Shown: positions 38,897 through 46,876, counted from the first letter of the stretch. The stretch is 64,000 bases of DNA from Ferrovibrionaceae bacterium (GCA_965229335.1 OZ245874.1:5860736-5924735), one strand, 5' to 3'. Notes: generated from the letters alone by a model not told the origin. Translations and numbers: made by a program.

Positions 38897-39950
38897 GTCT
38901 GCCCCCACATTCCCAATGAAATCTTAGACATAGTGGTGAATAATGCTCCAAAATGCAATACCCATTTATTTGGGGCATGATTTGGGGCGTCGGACCAAGG
39001 CCCGCAGGACCAGGGTCTATTGGGAATGGGGAGGCTGGGGATGGTTGGGCGCGCTCGACGCAACCCTGCCCTCAATCCCCCAGGTTGACCCAATGTCTCC
39101 CGATGGACGGCCCGCGCCCCGTGACCAGTCCAGCGCTTCCGCCCGAATGCGCACCGTCCTTCAGACCGCTCCTTGCCCGCGCATGGCTCCCTCGCCGTCA
39201 CGCCCGCGGTCGACCGATCGGGAACCCTCAGAAAATTCAGGCCGGGCGATCGGTACCCCCGGGGTGTGCCGGCGGGTGGGGGTCTTTCAAAAAGACCGCT
39301 AAAGCTCCGCGCGCGCGGTTAATTTTGGGTCAGACCTTCGGCAGTGAGGGCGGCCCCGGAAAAAGCAGAGGTAGCGACGGGGGGATGACTTTCGGCGTAG
39401 ACTTGATTATACTTAGCTGCCCTTAGGCCGGGAGCCCCTGTGGCCGAGAATTACATCTCGCGCAAAAGCAGGCCCCTCCCTCATGGAATATGAAAAAGGA
39501 CGAGGCGATGTTGAACATCGTTCTCCAAGTAGACCTGAACTCAGTTCTGGTTGCGTTGGCGTTTGCTATTAGCTTGAAACGCTAGTCGGGCTGGGGAGGT
39601 GGGTCGCCTGCCTCCCCATCTTACCAGTCCGCCTCCGCGCTACATGCGCCCCATCTCCTCGCGGCACCCATCCGTCCGCGCAAGAGCCCTATGCATTTAC
39701 CTGGAGAAGCGCGACGGCTATATGACCGGTCGCTGGCGTATCGAGGTCAGTCCACCCTACCAGCCCAGGCGCGCGCCGAGCGTGCCCGGACCTACCGTCC
39801 GCAACCTCAGAAACCGGTAGAGGCAGCAAGTGGAAGCGTCGGATTGGCCACGGGAATGCAAGAACTCGTTGTCGAGCCCAAGGAGTTCGTTGGCCTATTC
39901 GGCGACGCCCCAGCCCACTAACCGTCACAGTCCAAAATCAGCAAAACAAG

Positions 39951-40907
39951 CTAGTCATCTTTGTTGACGACGCCACCACAATAATCACACAAAGCATGAT
40001 TATCATAATAGGCATTATTAGGGGTGATTTCGACACCACACCTTATGCAATCCTCAAGAACATAGCCACACCATACGCATCCAACATATTCACCATCCAT
40101 AACATAGGTTCCAAGAGCGCACTCCGGGCAATCTTGAACATGTGGATTACCGCCATCCTTCGCAGCCATGTAATTCTCAACTGCGAAAGGTGTATCAAGA
40201 GAATGAACAAATATGTCCTTGGCGCTATTTTCCTCGCTACAAGAGCGACACCTGAATTCGGCTGACTGAAAATCATCGTTATCTGGGTTGACCTGTGCGA
40301 CTAACCGCGACCCACAATCCACGCAGACCAGATCAATCCCAGAAAGATAATCGACTGGCTCCCATGTGAAATTGCTCATAGTCGCCTTGCACTCGATCAA
40401 CTCTTTCTCAAACAGCAACTTTACTGCTTCGAGTTCCGCCCATGTTTCACCCAGTTCAATTTCTGGATTAAGCTTCATATGTCTGAACAGCAAAACGACA
40501 ACAGGGAATGCCTTAACGATCGCCTCGCGTACTGCAGGTTGCGTGGCTTGAGTATAAGCATGCTCAATGTCATTCCTAACCTCATTTAATGAGGTCAATA
40601 GCTTTCTATCGATTTCAATGCGAAAATCATTCAAGCGCTCGTTTATAGTTTCAAAGTCGAGCGTCTTTTTTCCCTTAGCTTTAATCTCCACCTTGCCGTC
40701 GCCATTCAATACGATCTTAAGATTAGAAGCCAGGATTATTTTTGCACTCTCATTGGGAGTAGCTCGAACCAACGTTTCTTTGGCGAGCAACAGAAGCCCA
40801 GAGTAGAAATTCCGTACAGCCGACAGCGGGCGCTTAGGATCATTTGATTTGTAATCCTCAAGCCCGAGCTGAATTGACTGGATAGCGTTGTCGAACAACG
40901 AGTTCAT
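39951..40907 (-). CDS. AT-rich orphan: predicted HEPN-like helical domain (Rx4H motif) fused to three C-terminal CxxC...CxxC zinc ribbons
   Basis: The N-terminal ~150 aa are all-helical with LNEVRNDIEHAY (R126-x4-H131 in track numbering). The C-terminus has CVDCGS..CRSCS, CPECAL..CVWCGY and CIRCGV..CDYCGG. The start is uncertain (ATG 40907, 40919 or 40952). Composition is far more AT-rich than all surrounding DNA. Confidence 0.6.
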   Translation of the reverse strand: MNSLFDNAIQSIQLGLEDYKSNDPKRPLSAVRNFYSGLLLLAKETLVRATPNESAKIILASNLKIVLNGDGKVEIKAKGKKTLDFETINERLNDFRIEIDRKLLTSLNEVRNDIEHAYTQATQPAVREAIVKAFPVVVLLFRHMKLNPEIELGETWAELEAVKLLFEKELIECKATMSNFTWEPVDYLSGIDLVCVDCGSRLVAQVNPDNDDFQSAEFRCRSCSEENSAKDIFVHSLDTPFAVENYMAAKDGGNPHVQDCPECALGTYVMDGEYVGCVWCGYVLEDCIRCGVEITPNNAYYDNHALCDYCGGVVNKDD

Positions 40908-41197
40908 GATGTCACCCATTATTATGGTGCAACGCAAAAACTCTGGACGCATTCAAGCGAGGCACCGCCGAAGCGGCTACTTCTCCATTTTGCACACCGC
41001 AACCGCCACCGCGCAAGCGGCTGGATATCCAGATTGTCGAACCGCCGAAAAGAGGGAGCCGCCACCTTCCGTCTACTCCGGATTAATGTTTGCCTCCAAC
41101 CCGCTTGCGGGCTGTTACAGTGAGATGCTACATCTAAGGCTCGGACAACGAGCGTAGAATGGCGGAAATCCTAGGGTTTTGACTCCTCTCACGAGGT

Positions 41198-41214
41198 TCC
41201 CTCTCCCTCCGCCA
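41198..41214 (+). repeat. attR core: TCCCTCTCCCTCCGCCA (17-bp copy of the tRNA-Ser 3' end)
   Basis: Read directly. Only the last 17 nt of the tRNA are duplicated, so this is not a tRNA gene. Confidence 0.85.
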
Positions 41215-41255
41215 CGTCCACTCTGGACACTGGCCGCTTCCGTCCCCGACCCCCT

Positions 41256-42149
41256 TTACCGTTTGAAGCAGTTCTCCCGATGCCAGGCCAGGAAATCGGG
41301 GTGAGGCCGTTCGGCTGGCCGCAACGGGGCAAAGGCACGCCCGCTTCTGTTGATGAAGCCGCGCACCCCGTCGGGATCGTTCACCTGGCGAGAGATCAGG
41401 ATTTCCAACTCGTTGCTCAGGCTGATCAGGCCACGGTCGAACATCCAGTGCGCGGTGCCTGAAAGCGCGATGCCATTCGAAACCGCGTCGGGACCGTCAT
41501 GCTCGACCGGGCGAATATGCGCGGCATCGACCTCGGCGCGTCCGCCGCCATTGATCAGTTTAAGGCCGCTGATCGCGCAGCGTTCGTCATAGGCGCGGAG
41601 CACGACACGCCGGAAATTGCGGTCACGCACCGCACGGGTGGCAATGAAACTGACGCGGTCGCGCTGTTGGACAAAGGGAGCGCGCTCGTCGTTCAACCCG
41701 AGCGGCGGCAGGGCTTCGCCGAGCCGCGGCAGCAACGGTTCGTGATCGTCGAGGCCCAGCCCGACGATGCGATTGAAGTCCTCGGCCGAAATCGGTCGCA
41801 CCGCCGCCTGGGCGCGGCCGGAAAGCCGGCCGGTGTCATTCAGCAAGCCGCGTTCGATGACACCATCGGGGCCGGTAAAGGGGACGGGATTGGCAAAATC
41901 GAGATAGCTGCCCGGCTCGATATGCGCGAGATACATGCCGGAGACCTTGGGATCCGGACTGATCCGGCTGACCCGCGCCACCGCAAAATAGCCGCGCGTC
42001 CGCGCGACCTTGGCCGGCTCGAGGTACAGGATCCAGTCGCCTTCGCTGGCCCGGGCACGGCCAAGATACTGGCTGGGGAACTGATAGCGCGCGGCGGGGC
42101 TGTCGTCGTAGATCGAATCGGCGCGGTGGATGAAGACCCCGTATCCCAT
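41256..42149 (-). CDS. HNH endonuclease (HNH_2/COG3440-like) with an N-terminal PUA/EVE-like domain; candidate modification-dependent (type IV) restriction enzyme
   Basis: The C-terminus YDERCAISGLKLINGGGRAEVDAAHIRPVEHDGPDAVSNGIALSGTAHWMFDRGLISL is an H-N-H core. The N-terminal ~150 aa (ARYQFPSQYLGRA...GDWILYLEP...GYFAVARVSRI) resemble PUA-like reader domains. Assigned from memory. Confidence 0.65.
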   Translation of the reverse strand: MGYGVFIHRADSIYDDSPAARYQFPSQYLGRARASEGDWILYLEPAKVARTRGYFAVARVSRISPDPKVSGMYLAHIEPGSYLDFANPVPFTGPDGVIERGLLNDTGRLSGRAQAAVRPISAEDFNRIVGLGLDDHEPLLPRLGEALPPLGLNDERAPFVQQRDRVSFIATRAVRDRNFRRVVLRAYDERCAISGLKLINGGGRAEVDAAHIRPVEHDGPDAVSNGIALSGTAHWMFDRGLISLSNELEILISRQVNDPDGVRGFINRSGRAFAPLRPAERPHPDFLAWHRENCFKR

Positions 42150-42383
42150 TCAACCTGTATAGCGCGGCAGGCGCGCCGTCTCACGCCCGAAAATGCCGCG
42201 CCCCGCCCGATGGCCGGTATGAAGCCGGTCGCGCATGGCCAGATGCTGTGCTCGATCGCCACCGCCATTGGGCGGGCCATGCGTTCGCCTATGCCGCAAT
42301 GCGCCTGCATGATCCGGTCGGCGAAATCGGCGGGATGTCCGTCACGAAGCCGCCCATGAAGGCACGCTACCCGTCAAGCCGGG

Positions 42384-42416
42384 AAAAAAAAGGGGGGACG
42401 CCGTCAGGCGCCCCCC
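42384..42416 (-). terminator. Rho-independent terminator downstream of the secreted-protein gene
   Basis: The minus strand reads GGGGGGCGCC-TGAC-GGCGTCCCCCC followed by T8. That is a 10-bp stem with one G-U pair and a U-tract. Confidence 0.75.
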
Positions 42417-42439
42417 GAAGAAAGACCGGCAGCAGGTCG

Positions 42440-43399
42440 TCAGTTGCCGCGCAGCCGGGCGGCAAGCGCCGTCACGGCGTCGGTCAAGGCCGGGTCGGCG
42501 GGAACGGCGTCGGCCCCGGCCGAGGCCAGCGCATCGGCGGCAAGCTTGGCCGTCTCGACCGCACCGGGCGCGGCATTCGCCACGATGTCGGCGGCACTGC
42601 CTGCCCCGAACAGATTGGCTTCGCCGGCGATCGCCGCCCGAACCCCCTGGACGCGATAGCGCGTGCCGCTGCCCGGCGTCAGCCAGTACTGGCCGCGGAA
42701 TTCGTTGGTCGGCATCGAGATCAGATAGGTCTCGGTTATCGTCGATCCGACATAGATCAGCAGACACTGACCCGCGAAACTGCCGGAAGTGTAGCATTCG
42801 CCGGCATAACCGCTCGGCGCGCAGGAGACGAAACCGGTACCGCCCGAATTGACCGGCGAGCCGACCGTCGAGCACCGGACGATGCCGCCATAGCTGCTGG
42901 AATAGGTCGGCGAGCCGATCGAATAGGCGAACGCCCATTGGCCCAGCAACGGATTCTGGGAATCGGAGAACGTATAGCGGGACAGCGGGATCATGGCCGA
43001 TCCGCCCGAACCGAAAGGCCCGCTGGAGCCAAGCGACAGGGTCGCCCTGCTGGCGGTGCTGAAGGTCAGCGTTGCCGTGCCGGCCGAGGTACCTGCCGGC
43101 GATGTCATGGCACAGCCCAGACACTGGCCGCCGCTGTACTTGGTGAGGTTTGCCGAGAACGTCGGATAGCCGGACCCGTTCAACGAGTATCCGCCCGTGG
43201 CGTAGTACCAGACCGGCGCCAGGCTGCCGGTCTCATAGACGTAGATGATCAGCGTCATCTGCGTCCCCTGTTGCTCGATCGAATAGCCGCGCCCGCCCTC
43301 GCTCGGGTTGAAATAGATACCGCTTTCGATCAGCGCGGCACTGGCGGTGCCAATCCACGCACACAAAAAGCCCGCCAGAATTCCCAATAATACACGCAT
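42440..43399 (-). CDS. Secreted Cys-containing Gly/Ser/Tyr-rich protein of unknown function
   Basis: The signal peptide is MRVLLGILAGFLCAWIGTASA. It has 8 Cys in the mature part (GQCLGCAM, VRCS, VSCAP, GECY, GQCLL) and an Ala-rich C-terminal tail. No family recognised. Confidence 0.6.
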   Translation of the reverse strand: MRVLLGILAGFLCAWIGTASAALIESGIYFNPSEGGRGYSIEQQGTQMTLIIYVYETGSLAPVWYYATGGYSLNGSGYPTFSANLTKYSGGQCLGCAMTSPAGTSAGTATLTFSTASRATLSLGSSGPFGSGGSAMIPLSRYTFSDSQNPLLGQWAFAYSIGSPTYSSSYGGIVRCSTVGSPVNSGGTGFVSCAPSGYAGECYTSGSFAGQCLLIYVGSTITETYLISMPTNEFRGQYWLTPGSGTRYRVQGVRAAIAGEANLFGAGSAADIVANAAPGAVETAKLAADALASAGADAVPADPALTDAVTALAARLRGN

Positions 43400-43693
43400 T
43401 GTAATCCTCCCTCTTTTCCGATTCTCAGCATAACAGTGTGCTTTAGGGGAGTCAGGCCATGATGATGGTTAATATGAGAGCACTATGTTGAGTTTATATT
43501 TCTGTATCGATGAAATATCGGCACAGTTGTATTTTAATAGGTGCATTTTTATGGATAGAAGCGCGGCAATCCGCCAAAAATCTGGCAACCGAACGCGACG
43601 CCGCCAGCAGCCGGCGGCGATGGAAGCCTCGTCCTGAGGTTGCACGGTGCTGTGGCCTGGCTATCGCTGCGACGGCCGGGCCGGCTGGTGCGC

Positions 43694-43885
43694 CTATTTC
43701 TGCGACTTGTCCGTCGACGCCGGTGGCGACCACTTGCCGGCTTCCATGTCGGCCAGCGCGCCAAGGAGCACGCGGCGCAGGAAATCGCCTTGCCGGGTGT
43801 CGCCGCGCTGCGCGTCGATCCGCGCCTTGGTACCCTCGGGGGCGCGGATGAAGACGTCTTCCGTGTAGAGCTTCGGCTTGGGCAT
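43694..43885 (-). CDS. Ribbon-helix-helix (Arc/CopG-like) small DNA-binding protein
   Basis: Internal ATG 43885. MPKPKLYTEDVFIRAPEGTKARIDAQRGDTRQGDFLRRVLLGALADMEAG fits a beta-strand/helix/helix RHH pattern. Weak assignment. Confidence 0.45.
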   Translation of the reverse strand: MPKPKLYTEDVFIRAPEGTKARIDAQRGDTRQGDFLRRVLLGALADMEAGKWSPPASTDKSQK

Positions 43886-44117
43886 TGCCCTTCGTTTAGC
43901 CTGCGACTCACCGCTAGCGCAATCGGTCATATCGTCCGTCCCCCGCGTCAATGCGGCATTAATCGATAGCGCAATCGCTTATTGACGTGATTAAGCGCTA
44001 GCACTTATAGTGTCGACCCGAGCTTTGCAGCCAGAGGCCCTATCCCATGCGCAGCACCGCAGGGCTGATGCCCACGGCATGACCGGACCCGACCCGTCAT
44101 GCAGGCCGCACCGGCGG

Positions 44118-44651
44118 TCAATCAAGCGCCGCGGCGGCGGGCCGCGCCCCCTTGCGGCGCGAGGCCGCCCGGTCGGCGCCATAGCCGAGCAGGTCGTTCG
44201 GCGACAGGTCGAGCGCACCGCACAGCGCGTGCAACATGGCCAGGCCCGGCTCGTTCCGGCCGCGGGCATAATGGCCATAACGCGTCGTGCTGATGCCCAG
44301 CCGGCCAGCCAATTCGGTATCGGTCAGTCCCTGGCGCAGGCTGAGCGCGCGCAGACGCCGACCGAAGCTTTCGGCATCGAGCGCGATGTCGTCGGCCGTG
44401 CTGTCGCGCATCGCGGCCTGGATCATCTCGCCAGCCTCCATCCCCGCCGCGGCGGCCAGCGCCTCGAGCGTGCCCGACGGAATTTTGCCACCATTGAAGG
44501 CCGCCGAGACGACGCCATAAGGCAAGCCCGCGAGTTTTGCCCAATTTGCCCGCGTCTTAAGCAGAGACTTCTTTTCCGTAAGCACCTTTCGCAGCGCGAA
44601 AGCAAAAATGGCTCCGCCGGCGTCCCGGCGGATCTGCCTGCTTTTTGTCAT
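44118..44651 (-). CDS. XRE (Cro/CI) family transcriptional regulator, apparently with two HTH-like halves
   Basis: ATG 44651 is preceded by GGGGGAG. The C-terminal half FGRRLRALSLRQGLTDTELAGRLGISTTRYGHYARGRNEPGLAMLHALCGALDLSPNDLLGY is a classic XRE HTH. The N-terminal half (ALRKVLTEKKSLLKTRANWAKLAGLPYGVVSAAFNG) looks like a second, degenerate copy. Confidence 0.75.
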   Translation of the reverse strand: MTKSRQIRRDAGGAIFAFALRKVLTEKKSLLKTRANWAKLAGLPYGVVSAAFNGGKIPSGTLEALAAAAGMEAGEMIQAAMRDSTADDIALDAESFGRRLRALSLRQGLTDTELAGRLGISTTRYGHYARGRNEPGLAMLHALCGALDLSPNDLLGYGADRAASRRKGARPAAAALD

Positions 44652-44890
44652 CACAACAAACTCCCCCACGACCACTAAAAAATCTACTTCAAGGTATTTC
44701 AATACGCAAATATTATTATGCATGACGTTTTTTGGTTGTGCCAAACATTCATTAAGCAATGGTCTTGAATAATTTCACTACTTATTAGGGTGATTTGTTG
44801 ATGACAAAATGCGCATTGATGCTCGCCATACGATTGCGGAAGTGCGCGGGCTGGTAGCAGGCGCAGGATTGCGGACGGACGACTGGCGAC

Positions 44891-45880
44891 TTAGTCGAAG
44901 ATGCGGTCCGCCGTCTGCAGGGTCAGCGGAATCTCCACCCCCAGGGCTCGGGCGGTGGCGAGGTTGATCCAGAGCTCGACCACGGTGGGTTGCTCGACCG
45001 GCAGGTCGGCCGGCGTGGCGCCGTCGAGGATGCGGCGCACGAAATACCCGGCCCGTCCCAGCAGCTTGCCCGGCACCGGGCCGAAGCCGAGCAGGCCGCC
45101 GATCTCGGCGGCCGGCGGATAGGGTGCGAAAAACGGCAGGCGGCGCGAGAGGGCGAAGGGCGCGATCCGGTCGCAGAGGTCCAGGCTGGCTGCGTCCGCC
45201 AGCAGGTGGAGGGCGTCGAGATCCGCAGCGGCCAGGGTCGCGAGCGCGGCATCAAGGTCGCCGGGCAGGCGGACCGCTGCCGGGACCACGGCGATACCGT
45301 GGCCGGTCGCGCCGGCCTGCAAGCCCGCCAGCATGCCCTGGTTGCTCGGGTTCGCCGGGTTGAGCACGACGCCGATCCGCCGCGCCCGCGGCACGATCTG
45401 GCGCTGGAAATCGAGCATCTTCGGCGTCATGTCCTCGATCTGGGTGGCGATGCCGGTGGTCTGGCCACCCGGCCTTGCCAATGTCGCAATCAGCCCGGAT
45501 TCGACGGGATTGTTGATCCCCAGCATCACCACCGGGCGGGTGGGCAATGCGGCCTGGGCCGCGCGCACCCCGGCGATCGTGTTGGCCAGGATCAGCGCGG
45601 CGCCGGACGCTGCCAGACCTTGCGCCAGCGGTCCGAGCCGCTGGTAGTCACCCCCGGCATAGTGGACGTCGAGCTGATAGTCGCGGCCGTCGCGCAGGCC
45701 GGCGTCGTGCAGGCCCTGCCCCACGATCGCGGTCGTCGCATCGGTGAAATAGGCCCCCTTGCTGCCCGCGAGCAGCAGGCCGAGCCGCGCCGGCGCGGCC
45801 CCGGCGGCCCGGGGACAGGCCGTGGCGGCGATGGCCGCACCGAGCCGCGCCAGGAGGATCCTGCGTCCGATTCCCGTCAT
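44891..45880 (-). CDS. ABC transporter substrate-binding protein (PF04392-like ABC_sub_bind family)
   Basis: 329 aa with a signal peptide carrying RR (MTGIGRRILLARLGAAIAATA). The general pattern resembles this family. From memory. Confidence 0.6.
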   Translation of the reverse strand: MTGIGRRILLARLGAAIAATACPRAAGAAPARLGLLLAGSKGAYFTDATTAIVGQGLHDAGLRDGRDYQLDVHYAGGDYQRLGPLAQGLAASGAALILANTIAGVRAAQAALPTRPVVMLGINNPVESGLIATLARPGGQTTGIATQIEDMTPKMLDFQRQIVPRARRIGVVLNPANPSNQGMLAGLQAGATGHGIAVVPAAVRLPGDLDAALATLAAADLDALHLLADAASLDLCDRIAPFALSRRLPFFAPYPPAAEIGGLLGFGPVPGKLLGRAGYFVRRILDGATPADLPVEQPTVVELWINLATARALGVEIPLTLQTADRIFD

Positions 45881-45895
45881 CGATGTTGCTCTGTC

Positions 45896-46876
45896 CTAGT
45901 GGTCGCGCAGCCTGGCACCGCCCGCGGCGCGCCAGGCGCGCGGCGACAGGCCGAAGCGTTCCTTGAACGCGCGGCTGAAATGGGCGAGGTCGTTGAAACC
46001 CCAGAGGAAGGCGATCTCGCCGATCTGCAGATGCGCCTGGACCGGTGCCACGAGGCTGCGCCGGCACTGGTCGAGCCGGCGGGCAAGCAGGTAGCGGCGG
46101 AACGACGTCCGCTCGTCGGCCAAGAGGTCGTTGACGTAACGCGGCGACAGGCCGAGGCCCGCCGCCACCTGCCCGATACCAAGCTCGGCCTCGGCCAGAT
46201 GGGCCTCGATATAGGCTTTCAGCCGGTAGAGCATCGCGGCACGATGCGTGGTGGTGGCGCGGGCGCCGGCGGTCAGCCGGTCGGACAGCATCGCGCCGAG
46301 CAGGTCGATCGCCTGGCCCGACAGCCGCGCCGCCACCTCGTCGCCGACCGTGCCGGCGGTGCGCGCGACGCCGCGCAGGAACTCGGCGGTCAGCCGTTCC
46401 AGCGGCCGGGCGGCGGCGTCGCCGGCGGCAAAGGTCGTCGCGGTCAGCCGTTCGGTGTCGCCGACGCGCCGCAACAGTTCGGCCCGCGGCAGTTGGATGA
46501 CCATCTGGCTGAAATCGCCGTCGAACTGCAATTCATAGGGCCGGGTGGTGTCGTAGAGGGCGAACTGGCCGGGTTCGATCAGCGCGTCGCGTCCGTCCTG
46601 GACCACACCGCCGCTGCCCGCCAGGCCGAGTGCGACCAGCACGAAGTCCTCGTGGGCGCGGCGGATGCGGGCGGGCGTGCGAAACACGCGCTGGCGCGAC
46701 GAGACCACCTCGGTGCATTGCAACAGGCCGAGGTCGCGGCGATCGATCGCCCCGCGAAAACTGTCGCCGGCATCCGAACGGCAGTCGAGCTGGACGAAGA
46801 CGTCGCAGACGATGTCCTGCCACAGCGCCAGGCGCCGCGAAGGCGGCGTGCCGTCGGTATCGAGCCGGGTGAACAT
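45896..46876 (-). CDS. AraC family transcriptional regulator
   Basis: The long N-terminal part of the track ORF is antisense to the nitrilase gene and was rejected. The real protein starts near MFTRLDTDG (ATG 46876; alternatives 46909 and 46921). The C-terminal HTH pair is VAAGLGLSPRYVNDLL ... IAFLWGFNDLAHFSRAFKERFG. Confidence 0.8.
   Translation of the reverse strand: MFTRLDTDGTPPSRRLALWQDIVCDVFVQLDCRSDAGDSFRGAIDRRDLGLLQCTEVVSSRQRVFRTPARIRRAHEDFVLVALGLAGSGGVVQDGRDALIEPGQFALYDTTRPYELQFDGDFSQMVIQLPRAELLRRVGDTERLTATTFAAGDAAARPLERLTAEFLRGVARTAGTVGDEVAARLSGQAIDLLGAMLSDRLTAGARATTTHRAAMLYRLKAYIEAHLAEAELGIGQVAAGLGLSPRYVNDLLADERTSFRRYLLARRLDQCRRSLVAPVQAHLQIGEIAFLWGFNDLAHFSRAFKERFGLSPRAWRAAGGARLRDH

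Larger units (their letters stand above)
33207..41214. mobile_element. ~8.0-kb integrative genomic island inserted in the 3' end of tRNA-Ser(GGA)
   Basis: A tyrosine integrase gene lies directly downstream of the tRNA. A perfect 17-bp direct repeat of the tRNA 3' end sits at both borders. The interior has atypical composition and orphan genes. Confidence 0.85.

Noticed and set aside
38953-39426. 157-aa, 119-aa and 102-aa ORFs in the recombinase-HEPN spacer
   Set aside because: Their translations are Pro/Gly/Arg/Trp-rich and mutually overlapping in different frames. None looks protein-like.
41198-41214. Possible second tRNA gene or tRNA pseudogene
   Set aside because: Only the last 17 nt of tRNA-Ser are present. 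The upstream sequence cannot form a T arm or acceptor stem. I interpret it as attR.
42384-42397. A8G6 homopolymer tract considered as a phase-variation (slipped-strand) switch
   Set aside because: It lies downstream of a stop codon. On the minus strand it forms the U-tract and 3' stem of a canonical rho-independent terminator, so it is not within or upstream of a coding start.
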